Virus record (IMG/VR): IMGVR_UViG_3300034022_001261
Reading direction: 5' to 3' (one strand)
DNA length: 64,000 bases
From: a virus
Positions 25,175 to 36,229 of the stretch are shown piece by piece; position 1 is the stretch's first letter, and each line of letters begins with the position of its first letter. The notes beneath the pieces were generated by a model. The model did not search any database. It worked only from the letters and a program-made list of their open reading frames with translations, and was not told the DNA's origin. The position numbers and the translations under genes were made by a program.

Positions 25175-26617
25175 ATGAATATGTATCAAATATATGTGCC
25201 AGAACTAGGCATCTTTGTTAAGTATAAGGTGCTGAGACCAGAAGAAGCTGAAAACCTTCTTTCTGAGATAAAAGATAAAAGTACTAACGTTTATCGTAAA
25301 GCTATATTAGAATCCTTAATTTTTAATATAAAAACAGATGTTGCTGAAGCTTTGAGGGTAATGTCTCGCGCAGCTGCAGAAAAGTGTATAGAAGCCTTAT
25401 ATGCTGGTTGTATAATGCTTAACCCAGGTTTAGATGTAGATTACTGGCTAGATATTGCTTACACAGGTTATCCAATAATCCCTAGTCTTAAGAATAAGAA
25501 AAAAGATTCTGATTCCGACGATCCATTTCATTTCTCGGAAGATTTGGAAAAAATTTTTAATGACACGTTTAAAAAGCATTCAGAAGAAAAAGCTAAACCA
25601 AAACCTAAAAAACTAAGTAAAGAAAAATTTCTTGGACTTAATAATCACTTAAAGACAAATGTTATAGGTCAAGATAATGCTATTGAGATAATCGTCTCTG
25701 CATTGAAGAGATCTCAAACTGGAATGAATGATCCCAATAGACCATTGGGTGTTTTTATGTTTGCCGGAGCTTCCGGCGTGGGTAAAACGCATCTAGCAAA
25801 CGAATTGCATAAATATATATACGGGTCAGATTATTCAATGGTACGTATTGATTGTGGCGAGCTACAACATAAACACGAGAATCAAAAGTTAATTGGATCA
25901 CCTCCTGGCTACATTGGCCATGAAGATGGTGGTCAGTTGATAAACATGATTAAAAAATATCCCAATACCGTAGTCTTGCTTGACGAGGTAGAAAAAGCTC
26001 ATCCAGACATTTGGAATACTTTTTTAAGAATTTTTGACGAAGGAATTGCCACAGATAATAAAGGTAAACAAGTTAGCTTTAAAAACACTGTCATAATCAT
26101 GACAACTAATTTAGGTAATGATAAAACAGCTGACAACTTACTTAAAACCTCAGCTGGTTTTACTGGGACTGTAGATTTCAAAACAAGAACTAAAGCAATA
26201 CCTAATAAGGAAATCGTAGAAAAGAATACACTAGAAGCAATTCGTAAACACTTTAAACCAGAGTTTATAAATAGAATTGATAAAGTTGTAGTATTTAACC
26301 ATTTACGTCATGATGACATGATCTCAATTGCTGAGCTAGAAATGTCAATTGTTAAAAGTAAACTTCTTTCAAAGGGCTATTCTTTAACTTATACAGATTC
26401 AGTTGTAGAAGGTTTGATTGAAAAGGGAATAGATACTGTTAAGGGGGCTAGAGGACTTTCCCAAGTTAGAAGAGAAGGCATTGAAGATAAACTTGCTGAG
26501 TTGATTATATCTAGCATAATACCTAGAGGAACTTTGTTTGAGATTGACCATGAGGAAGATTTTAAAATAAGTTTAATAAAACCTCAAAAACAACAAAAGG
26601 AACAAGCAAATGACTGA
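25175..26617 (+). CDS. ClpA/ClpB-type AAA+ ATPase (single D2-like module plus N-terminal extension)
   Basis: VIGQDNAI, RPLGVFMFAGASGVGKT, RIDCGEL, LIGSPPGYIG, VVLLDEVEKAHPD, IIMTTNLG, FKPEFINRID, GARGL. Confidence 0.9.
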   Translation: MNMYQIYVPELGIFVKYKVLRPEEAENLLSEIKDKSTNVYRKAILESLIFNIKTDVAEALRVMSRAAAEKCIEALYAGCIMLNPGLDVDYWLDIAYTGYPIIPSLKNKKKDSDSDDPFHFSEDLEKIFNDTFKKHSEEKAKPKPKKLSKEKFLGLNNHLKTNVIGQDNAIEIIVSALKRSQTGMNDPNRPLGVFMFAGASGVGKTHLANELHKYIYGSDYSMVRIDCGELQHKHENQKLIGSPPGYIGHEDGGQLINMIKKYPNTVVLLDEVEKAHPDIWNTFLRIFDEGIATDNKGKQVSFKNTVIIMTTNLGNDKTADNLLKTSAGFTGTVDFKTRTKAIPNKEIVEKNTLEAIRKHFKPEFINRIDKVVVFNHLRHDDMISIAELEMSIVKSKLLSKGYSLTYTDSVVEGLIEKGIDTVKGARGLSQVRREGIEDKLAELIISSIIPRGTLFEIDHEEDFKISLIKPQKQQKEQAND

Positions 26618-26838
26618 AGAAGAAATTAAACTAAGAACTAAATTTTATCTAGCCCCCAAGACTACAAGCTTAGAAGAATTAAAGGTAATGAATGATAAAT
26701 ACACATCATACCCAGGCCTAATCCCTGAGCAGACAAAAGAGTCATTTAATTAATTAAAAGATTATAAAAAGCACATACTAACAAGTAATGCTTTAACAGT
26801 TACTATGACTGTATAATAACTATAAAAGGATATCAATT

Positions 26839-27546
26839 ATGGCGTTTATGTCTAGGAAAAAATCAAGACCATCTTTTCCATCGATAGCAGATCAAAGAGC
26901 TTCAAGTGCTGCAAGAGTTTCCGCACGAGGTGGGAATATGAGCAGGTCGACTAGACCATCTTTTCCATCGATAGCAGAACAAAGAGCTAATAACATAGTT
27001 TCTGGACAAAAAAATGCCAGAGGATATAACTCTGGATTTATGAGAAATATAGATTATCCATCTTTTCCATCGATAGCAGAACAAAGAGCTTCAAGTGCTG
27101 CAAGAGTTTCCGCACGAGGTGGGAATATGAGCAGGTCGACTAGACTAGCTTTTCCATCGATAGCAGCACAAAGAGCTTCAAGTGCTGCAAGAGTTTCCGC
27201 ACGAGGGGGGAATACGACTGCAACAACAACTCCAGCTTCTCGACTTAGGGGGACATTAGCAGGCGCACCTACAGCTTTACCAGGTGGAACAACAACTCCA
27301 GTGTCGATTAGACCAAGAGGAGCAATGCACGGACCTCCAAGACCAGCTGGAAGCACACTTGGAGCGATGCATGGTCCTCCAAGGCCAATTCCCCCTAGAT
27401 ATATGCCAAATGTAAATCCAAAGGGTAAGCTTCTAAGTAATAAAGGCCTTATGATTGGAGCAGGAGCTGCAGTTATAGCAGGTTTAGCAATGAACAGAAG
27501 AGGCGATGGAACGTCTTCTGGAAGAGCTGGAATGACTAAATATTAG
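26839..27546 (+). CDS. Basic, repeat-rich protein with C-terminal hydrophobic segment (possible core or ejection protein)
   Basis: Repeats of PSFPSIAxQRASSAARVSARGGN; R/S/A/P-rich; GLMIGAGAAVIAGLAM tail. Confidence 0.6.
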   Translation: MAFMSRKKSRPSFPSIADQRASSAARVSARGGNMSRSTRPSFPSIAEQRANNIVSGQKNARGYNSGFMRNIDYPSFPSIAEQRASSAARVSARGGNMSRSTRLAFPSIAAQRASSAARVSARGGNTTATTTPASRLRGTLAGAPTALPGGTTTPVSIRPRGAMHGPPRPAGSTLGAMHGPPRPIPPRYMPNVNPKGKLLSNKGLMIGAGAAVIAGLAMNRRGDGTSSGRAGMTKY

Positions 27547-27574
27547 TTTTAAACTAAAAAGAATGTAAAATGTT

Positions 27575-27985
27575 ATGAGTGACTGGAAAAGCTATATAAA
27601 TTCCAATGGTGATTTTGAATTACCAAATTTTTTATATAAGACGATTAATGAATTAATGAAACAATCATTAGATATGGGAACTTTATTATCTAGTGATCAA
27701 TATAAATTAAGAGCTTATAAGGAACAAACCAAGAAGTTATTTAAGAGTAAATGGTTTGATATTGCCGAAGCTTTGGAATTCTTTGGCATTATTGAAAGAT
27801 GCCTATGCTCAAGCAACGGCAAAGACTTCTATTGCGACGTTTGTAAGGGGGCAAGATATATGCCAACTGCAGTTTTAACTCCTGACCAAATGCGAGAAAT
27901 TGGTGTTTTCATTAGTGCCGGCGAAAACATAGCCTTAATAGACAAACTTCAAAAGAGTATATCTGAAGTAGTCAACAACTTCTAG
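27575..27985 (+). CDS. Hypothetical Zn-binding protein
   Basis: CLC...CDVC. Confidence 0.6.
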   Translation: MSDWKSYINSNGDFELPNFLYKTINELMKQSLDMGTLLSSDQYKLRAYKEQTKKLFKSKWFDIAEALEFFGIIERCLCSSNGKDFYCDVCKGARYMPTAVLTPDQMREIGVFISAGENIALIDKLQKSISEVVNNF

Positions 27986-27989
27986 TCAT

Positions 27990-28163
27990 ATGATGTGCCC
28001 ACGATGCGCTGACAAATTGCAGAATGTAATTGAATTCTTTCAAGATGGTGAAAATTTCGAGTATACTAGAGAGTACTATTGCACTAACTGTAAAAGCTCA
28101 GTCATAGAACACTTTGACGAACAAGGTTTAAAAGCCAGCGAATGGATAGATTTTAATGTCTAA
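27990..28163 (+). CDS. Small Zn-finger protein (57 aa)
   Basis: Manual translation MMCPRC...YCTNCK. Confidence 0.55.
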   Translation: MMCPRCADKLQNVIEFFQDGENFEYTREYYCTNCKSSVIEHFDEQGLKASEWIDFNV

Positions 28164-28905
28164 TATAGAAAAATATGATAAAGATGCTTTCTTAAAAAGC
28201 TTTGAGTCTTTAAGACCAGATTTGTTTTTGCCAGAGTCTTGGACGGATGAAGATAAAGAAAAAGTAGTGGAAATGATTCGTCCACAAAAAACAAGAACAG
28301 CAATGTTTTCTTCAATACCAATGAATTGCGAAGCAACTAAATGTATCTTTGCGGATACGTGTCCTTTATTGAAAGTTAATTTAGCTCCAAAAGGAAATCC
28401 TTGCCCTTTGGAAATGGCAATTGTTTCCCAGTTTACTAACGAGTACATGCATCAGTTAGACGTTAGCCCAGAGAATCTAGTGGAAGTTTCTATGATTAGA
28501 GATTTAGTAGATCAAGAAGTTCAATACATGCGCAAGACAAAACTGTTAGCTAAAGAGCATTTTATTCAAGAAAATGTTATTGGAATTGATTCCAACACTG
28601 GTGAGCCAATTATGAAAAAAGAATTGCACCTTGCCGTGGAATTGGAAGATAAACTACATAAAAGAAGAAAAGATCTTCGCAATCAACTCCTTGCTACGCG
28701 CGAGGCTAAAGCTAAGATTGGTCAAACACAACTAGATACAGCTCAAGCTATCTCTGACATTATGTATAAAGTTAAAGATATTGAAAAAGAACGCGAAAAA
28801 CTTATTCGCAAAAAAACTGGACAGTTTGAAATTGACGAGTATATAGAAGCTGATGTAGTTTTAGATGCTGAAATAATAGAGGTAATACAGGATGAGATTA
28901 TCTGA
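28156..28905 (+). CDS. Hypothetical protein, candidate terminase small subunit
   Basis: Cys cluster followed by long helices/coiled coil; located upstream of TerL. The functional call rests on position only. Confidence 0.35.
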   Translation: MSNIEKYDKDAFLKSFESLRPDLFLPESWTDEDKEKVVEMIRPQKTRTAMFSSIPMNCEATKCIFADTCPLLKVNLAPKGNPCPLEMAIVSQFTNEYMHQLDVSPENLVEVSMIRDLVDQEVQYMRKTKLLAKEHFIQENVIGIDSNTGEPIMKKELHLAVELEDKLHKRRKDLRNQLLATREAKAKIGQTQLDTAQAISDIMYKVKDIEKEREKLIRKKTGQFEIDEYIEADVVLDAEIIEVIQDEII

Positions 28906-31900
28906 TAGAACTGGCTCTGGCGCAACAACAACTTTATTAGATAGGCTAATTAAGTCTCTGACTAATTCTCCTGGAATAGAATTGCCAGCCAACCCCGTTC
29001 AACAATCTGCATTAGGTACTTCACAAGTAGAAGATATTTTTGGAACTAACGACCAATTTATTAATAGATATAAGCAATTTGAAAACATGGCTTTTGACAT
29101 GATGAAAGATTCTAATAATTTAGCTTTTGGATCAAGGGTTAAAGATGTTGATCTAATGCGCAAAATGGGTAAAATAGATTTAAGTGTTTTCACTTATGAA
29201 ACTAGACGAATGTTAACTGACAGCTTTAGGGACAATGTGCTTCAGTTCGATAGGCTATTATCTACGGCTGGAATTCCCGGAATGGAATTTCCATCAGAAA
29301 ACTTATACTCTACTTTACATAAATTCGATGTTAATCAAACAGAAAAAACAAACCACGCAGCTATAAGTTTTTTGCAAAGAACATTTTTTAACGTAAACCC
29401 AAACAAAGAAGGCAAACTTGCCTTTAACTTTGGCGTAAGTAATATGCTAACATCGGATGCCTTACAAAGAGCTGCTACTCAACAATCTAGTCGGCTTTAC
29501 TCCAACTGGAAACATATTAACATTTGACATCGAAACAACTGGAGTAACAAGAGGATCTCAAGTAAGATCATTTGCAGGTAGAGTTACAGATTCTGTTAGT
29601 GGAGCTGAAGTTAGTTCATTTGGAACAGCTTTTGAAAATCTACAAATGTCTAGTGCTAGGATTAGAACAAAAAATGGAAGCAGACTCATGTCAGAAGGAG
29701 TCAATATAATAGAAGGCTCCGAAAATGTAAAGTCCATGGCTAATGGTGGAGTAGAGTTTGTTTCTGAGTCTAAGAAGTTATTTGAAAGATTTCTTGACAC
29801 AAACGTTAATCATTTGTCAGGGCATAACATATTCTTTGACTTACAGAAAATGGCAGAAACACTACAAGGATTAGATGCCTACGATGATGAAGCTAAAACT
29901 TTAATGCATTCTGTTTTTGATAGAATTTCTGGAGCAGACTATGAATACAAAGGCGTAAAGTATAAGGGAAATAAAGATTTTCTTATAGACACTAAAGAAA
30001 CATTAAGTGCCTATTTTTCAAAAAAAGCAGAAGGGTTACCAGACGCTGCAGCTAAAGTCAATAGGTTATTAGCCCCAGAAAGTTTAGCTAAGATTTCTAT
30101 AGGCGGATCAACAACTCCCTCTAGTATAGAAAATATAGTCGCCAACTCTAACGTATTAGAGTTGATCGAAAGAGATGCATTAGCTGGAAGCAAAGATGCA
30201 CAAGATTTGATGGTAAAGATTCAATCAGGATCCCATATTGCAAAAACTGACGTACACATGCAAGGGACTTTATACAAATACCAGTTGTCTGAAGAATTGG
30301 ATTTTATGGATATGAGCAAATTAGATTCAGCTTCTAGTTTTGTCAAATCAGGCAGAAGACAATACTTAAGAGGTGCAGCTATTACACCCACAACAAATGT
30401 TGCTGATGTTGCTCATTTGGAGAAAAGTGCTATAGATTATCTTTCTGGTGCCGGTGCAAAAAACGTAATGCTAGAAGATATAGCTGGTTCCGAACTTGGG
30501 TTATCAACAAGTGCCAGAGGTAAGTTAAGCTACAGTAAATCAAATGAAGCTTTTCAATTTACTGACTCAGGATCATCAAACGTATTTGACATAGATGAAG
30601 GAGTAGCTAAATCTAATATATCAAGCAGATTACAAGCAATATCAGATGTTAATAAAAATATATCATTACAAAACTTTAGTTACTCAGATGCAACAAAAAT
30701 AGAAGAATCTTTTAAAGCTAAACGTGCAGTCCAAGGAATAACGGCAACAACAGATTCTGAAAAAATAATTAGATCTTTAGGTTTAACTGATGAACAGTTC
30801 GGGGCTCAAGCAGATGTCAGTACAATGTTTAGACAATTTGGGGAACCAACTAGAGGGCAAGGGATTAGAGATCTTCAGCCAGTCCTGCATATGGGAGATG
30901 AAATAATAAGCGCTTATCATCAAAATGCCGCAAGATCTGGTTTAGGATTTTCTAGTCTTAACGTTCAAGACAGAGTTATGAGTGTCAAATTAGCTCAAGC
31001 AACAGCCGGGATTGGACAAAGGGCAGCTGGCACAGAAGGAATATCAAGAAGTATGGCACACGCAAAACATGCAGGCCTACTTGGAGAAATGGGTTTATCT
31101 TACTTTAATGCCCAGACTACTTCTAGACTTGTTGGCGAATACGATTCTACTGGACCTCGTCCAGCTTCAAAGGTATTAGCAAGTTTTGAATCAATATTTG
31201 ATTACAGTAGCACTACAGCAGCAGATGGTGGCATAGTACGAACTCTTAAAATTAAAGCTTTTGACGATGTCGACAATGTACTGGATACAAGTCTAAATAG
31301 ATTTACATTGAGTTATCTGTCAGAAGCAGATACTCCCGCTGACGTTGGGGCTAGAATTAACTTAGTTTTTGGAGCCAATAAATCATTGAGTAAAGAGCAA
31401 TCAGAAAAACTAGCAATAGGCATGCTAGATAATATAAATGAGCATTTTGATTATCTTAGCGACATAAATGGACTTGAGGATATAAAAACAATGGACAGAA
31501 CTAAGTTGGCAGCAATTAGTTCCGGTAGAGACAGAGCTCAAAGAACACAACTTGCAACAGATTTAGCTGAAAAAATTAGAGAAAAAGGAATTGTAATAGG
31601 AAATATAGAAGGGCAACCGGTGCAGCAAATAGTTCAAGCTTTAATGGGGGGAGATATTGACATGGTAGATAATGATGTTAGATTAGCTAATCACCACATG
31701 AGATTAGTCCATTCGGAAAACGGAGCTTTAACTATGTCTGCTATGAGAAATACTCAAAGCGATTTAGCAATAGGTTTAACTGATGAAATGGCTCAACGAG
31801 AAGCTGAACAAGCATTAAATAGAGCTAATGAAATGGGGCAAATATTAGAGGATGATCCAAGAGCAAGAAAAAGGGCAGAAACCGTAGTCAGAAAATCTAA

Positions 31901-32282
31901 AAGATCTAAAGTCCTAAGTGAAGAAGTTGATTTAAGTAAAAAAATTAGGACAGATATAAAAACACCAATGACTGATTTTTTTCTTAATAATAAAACCAAA
32001 TTAGGTTATGCTTCAATAGGTCTAGCTGCGCTAGGTGCTGGTTACTATATGTCTAAGAAGCACAGGGAGTCTGATCTTTACGATGAGACCGTTAAATCTC
32101 AACCAACAGAACCAGGCAACCCAAGAAGGGCAACGCAAAGAAGCCAAGCATCACTTGCAGGTCCTCAGAGCACTAGAAGAGATCCATTGGTTACATCAGG
32201 AATCGTTGGTAATTTGGACAGAAACAAAATAGGGCACACTCAAATGGGCTCAAATAAATACAACCATCTTTATGGAGGATGA
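28892..32282 (+). CDS. Large virion-associated protein with a DEDDh 3'-5' exonuclease-like domain; split by a +1 frameshift near 29492
   Basis: ORFs 28892-29527 and 29457-32282 overlap in +1 frames, and the second has no clear RBS. Exo motifs TFDIETTG, GHNIFFD, SHIAKTD. C-terminal TM segment LGYASIGLAALGAGYYM. Confidence 0.65.
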
Positions 32283-32288
32283 TTTTAA

Positions 32289-32888
32289 ATGGGAGCTTTA
32301 GCAAACCTAGGAACTAAAATGACTACCGGCAAAGGGTTTGGACTTGTCTTGGGCGGAGCTTTTGCTGCTGGCGTAGCGAACAAAACAGCACGCTCCACAA
32401 TAGATGCAGGGAACGATATAGCTTTTGGTGATCCAAATGCAGATAAATATTTCATGGGGTCACAAGGATTGAGTCCGGGTGGAATACTAGATGCTAAAAC
32501 AGGATCTGGGATGGCAGCTGCTGGAACAATAGGTGGAGCAGCGATTGGTGGTATATTTGGTGGAATTGGTGCAGCTGCAGCTGGTTCTGCTCTTAAAGGT
32601 CAAACTCTTCAAAAGGGTTTAAATTTTTCAGACAAAATCCCTGGCATTGGGGGCAAGACAATATTAAAAGCAGGAGTTCGTCCAAAAATTGGTGGAGGAA
32701 CTCTTGGCGCTGTTGGAGCTATAGCAGGAGCCGCAATTGGAGCATCTGCTATGACTAGAGGTTATGTTAATAGAAATAAGGAATTTTATAACACTTCACC
32801 TTATGCAAAAGGATCAGCTATGCAAGCATCCTCAACTCAAGCATACGGAGACATGGTTCTCGGAATGCATAATACTAGAAGGGGGTAA
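32289..32888 (+). CDS. Gly/Ala-rich hydrophobic protein (internal virion / DNA-ejection or tape-measure-like)
   Basis: GGAAIGGIFGGIGAAAAG-type segments. Confidence 0.55.
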   Translation: MGALANLGTKMTTGKGFGLVLGGAFAAGVANKTARSTIDAGNDIAFGDPNADKYFMGSQGLSPGGILDAKTGSGMAAAGTIGGAAIGGIFGGIGAAAAGSALKGQTLQKGLNFSDKIPGIGGKTILKAGVRPKIGGGTLGAVGAIAGAAIGASAMTRGYVNRNKEFYNTSPYAKGSAMQASSTQAYGDMVLGMHNTRRG

Positions 32889-32890
32889 CT

Positions 32891-34349
32891 ATGGATCCTG
32901 ATCAAAATGAACTTGGAGGAAATCAAGATGTCCCGTTAGCATTTAGAATGCTAGAAAATGTTCCTGGCTTTACGGCATCATTCCTCTTTGCGCAACATAG
33001 GGGTTCTAATACCTTAATGCGTGGTGGTTTCATGGATGGCCGCAAAAGGCGGACCAGGAAAGCTTGGTGGGTTTACTAGCCAAGGCACCCTTCAAGGACC
33101 TACGAGTAAAGCCTTCTATGGCTCTAGATCTACCAGAGCTGCAAAGGTAGCAGGTACTGGTGCAAATGCAAAGATGCCTCTACTCAAGGGAGCTAGACTA
33201 AATCACTTAACCGCTAGACCAAGAGCCTTAGGTAGATATAATTCTTTAGCAATGTTCAACGCTGCAGAAAAAACTCCATTTTATTCCCCATTTCAAATGG
33301 CAGCTAATTTTGGCGGTAAACAAGCAGCTAAGAGTAGTGCATTTAGAACCGCAGTATATGGTTCTGATGCAGCACTAGCTGCCGATACGCAGGTTTTTCA
33401 ACGTGGCATGATTTCAATGATGACAGCTGGAAGAAAAACGGACATGCTAGAAAAAAGGGCTATTGGTGGTTCATCAAGAGCTGCAAGAAAAGTAGCAACT
33501 GCTCAAGAGCAAGTTAGTAGACTAGCAGGGATGAACAATCCAGCTATGCTGCAAGGTAAATCTACAGTTCAAGTAGCTGCTGGCATGCGTACTGCTCCTA
33601 TTGGAATGGCCAATACATCACCTGCTCAAAGATTAGCTGCTGCTAGAGCAGCAGGTCCTCAAGCAACAATGTCACCAATGGCTAAGGCACTGTCAGGTGG
33701 TCCTCAGGTTGGACTTACTGGAAACTTAATGGCTTCTTCCGGTGCCACTCAAGCATCACGTCTTATGCAAGGTTACTTTAGAGGGGCATTAGGGCATGCG
33801 GGTTCTGCTGGACTTACGGGCGAAGCATTAACAGGTGCTAATAGAGCTGTTAGCCACTTGGCAATGGCACTTGACAAAACTGGAAAAGCTGGACTTGGAA
33901 TAGACAACGCAACAGGAAAATTAACTGGTAGATTTGCAAGTGTTTATGAAGCAAAAGCAGCTAAGGCCCTTGGACAAGGTGCCTTTAAAACTCTAGGAGT
34001 AAAAGGGGTAGCTCAAGCAATGGGGACTAAAACCGGAGCAATGGCGCTAGGTGCTAGAGCTGGAATGATGGCTATCCCTGGATTAAACTTAATAGCTACA
34101 GCTTCATTAGTTTATGACCTTGGAAAAATGGGTGGAGAAGTTATCAAAAGTGGCATTAACTTAGCCAAAGATGCTGTAAAATCTATGAAGGGTTCTATTG
34201 ACAAGCCAATGTTTGGAATGGGATACAAGGACAACGAAGTGGCAGCAACATCAAGAGCTCGAGGAGTAGCAGCAATACAAAACTCAAGACTCAATGCCAG
34301 ATCAGCATTGGGTTCAGAAGGTGCAATGATGGCATCTCATTTTGGATAA
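32891..34349 (+). CDS. Ala/Gly-rich virion protein (tape-measure/ejection-like); split by a +1 frameshift near 33050
   Basis: ORFs 32891-33079 (GGGGG RBS) and 33021-34349 overlap in +1 frames and join as ...MDGRKR-GPGKLGGF.... Confidence 0.6.
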
Positions 34350-34355
34350 ACAATT

Positions 34356-36227
34356 ATGACAATTGCAGAAAAAACTATTAAATTTAGAAAAATGATGGAG
34401 AAGCTTCCTAGGGAAGATCTTTTGGAGATCCTTAAAGCTCAAGACCCAGAGATCATTAAGCAAGTAAATAGAATTGAATGGGTTTTTCAGAATAAACTAC
34501 AACACCTTAACTGGAAAGATGGAAGTCCAGTTATGGGTAGGGATGTAACTAATTATGAATTATCATTATTAGTAGACGAGCCCTTTGAGCTAGATAGAGA
34601 ATTATTAGAAGTTGGCATTTCAGCAGAACAACAAAGGCAGATCCATTTAGCAAAAGACCCATGCACTTGGGGCAGACACTTTCTTGGTGCTGAAACCAGA
34701 GTATACCAAACTTTGATATTGAGAGATCCTTCTCTTAGAAAAGTATTAAGAGCTGGTCGTCGTTTAGGTAAAACCTACAGTATGGCTTTATATCTTCTTC
34801 ATTATAGCTATACCAGTAAAGACGGAAGATGCCTAGTCATTGCGCCAATGAAATCTCACGTAGAATTAATCTATCAAGAAATATTAAGATTAGCTTCCAA
34901 GAATGAACTTGTAACTAACTCTATATCTAGAAAAGTTACTTCCCCTCAGTTCATGATTCAATTTTCAAATGGGTCAACAATTAGGTTCTTTACTTCGGGC
35001 ATGCGCTCGGGAGGTAAATCGGACGTTGCTCGTGGTCAGGAAGCTCATGTGATCGTTTTGGACGAAATGGACTACATGCATGCAGACGACCTAGATGCCC
35101 TCTACGCGATGCTTCAGAAGACCGCTGAGGACCAACCAGACAAGGTCTTAATAGGTGCATCAACTCCAACTGGTAGACGAGAACGTTTTTGGGAATGGTG
35201 TTTATCTAATGATAGATTTAAAGAGTTTTGGTTCCCATCTTACTGCAATCCCTTCTTCGCTAAAGAGCAGGAAGAAGAATTTAGGGAGCAATATTCAGAA
35301 GGTGCGTATAGGCATGAAATTGAAGCTGACTGGGGCGAAGATGGCGAAGGCGTTTACCCTAGAAAATATATAGATAAAGCTTTTCTTGATCCAGGTTGGA
35401 AATATTATCCAGAGATAACTTCAGCTAGAAGTTTTTTTACAATTGGCGTTGACTGGGATAAATATGGAGCAGGCACAAACATAGTTGTTCTAGAAACCTG
35501 CAATGAACTATATGAAGAAGAACGTTTTAGAAATAAAACCAGAATGTGTTATAGGGAAGAAATCCCTAAATCTGAATTTACATTAACCAAAGGTGTTAAT
35601 AGAATTGTTGAATTAAACGAATTACTTCAGCCTAAGCACATTTATGTTGACCGTGGTTTTGGCGAGGTTCAAGTAGAATTACTCCACAAGTATGGAATGG
35701 AAAATCCAAAGTCTCAATTAAGGCAGCGAGTTAAAGGTGTTAGCTTTGGGGAAACCATAGAAGTAAGAGACCCATATACAAAACTTCCTATTAAAAAAGA
35801 AATTAAACCTTATATGGTTGATAACTTAAGGCAATTTTTGGAAAAAGAAATTATATTATTTCCAATAGAAGATGAAGAAATATATATGCAATTAATTTCA
35901 TATATCGTAACTAGAACTACATCTTCTGGTCGTCCTGTTTTTGAAGCCGGCGGTTCAGCTGTAGATCATGCGCATGATGCATTGATGTTGGCTTTGTTGG
36001 CTATAACTCAAAACTATGGCGAGTTTCATAAAATGAATTTTGCACAAAACACGCAGTCATTTTCTAACACGTTTTTTATGCCGAAGATGGGACTAGAGGA
36101 CATAGAAGATGTAGATAAAAACTCAGCTGATGTTTCTCCAGTTAAGAATAGAACTTCTGAAATAAATACAAATCCTGGTATGAGAACTAAAAAATCAGCC
36201 AAAAAAATTGCAAGAAAGATGTTTTAG
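34356..36227 (+). CDS. terL: Terminase large subunit
   Basis: Walker A RAGRRLGKT, Walker B VIVLDE, motif III ASTP, RuvC-like nuclease IGVDW and DHAHDALML. Confidence 0.92.
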   Translation: MTIAEKTIKFRKMMEKLPREDLLEILKAQDPEIIKQVNRIEWVFQNKLQHLNWKDGSPVMGRDVTNYELSLLVDEPFELDRELLEVGISAEQQRQIHLAKDPCTWGRHFLGAETRVYQTLILRDPSLRKVLRAGRRLGKTYSMALYLLHYSYTSKDGRCLVIAPMKSHVELIYQEILRLASKNELVTNSISRKVTSPQFMIQFSNGSTIRFFTSGMRSGGKSDVARGQEAHVIVLDEMDYMHADDLDALYAMLQKTAEDQPDKVLIGASTPTGRRERFWEWCLSNDRFKEFWFPSYCNPFFAKEQEEEFREQYSEGAYRHEIEADWGEDGEGVYPRKYIDKAFLDPGWKYYPEITSARSFFTIGVDWDKYGAGTNIVVLETCNELYEEERFRNKTRMCYREEIPKSEFTLTKGVNRIVELNELLQPKHIYVDRGFGEVQVELLHKYGMENPKSQLRQRVKGVSFGETIEVRDPYTKLPIKKEIKPYMVDNLRQFLEKEIILFPIEDEEIYMQLISYIVTRTTSSGRPVFEAGGSAVDHAHDALMLALLAITQNYGEFHKMNFAQNTQSFSNTFFMPKMGLEDIEDVDKNSADVSPVKNRTSEINTNPGMRTKKSAKKIARKMF

Positions 36228-36229
36228 TA

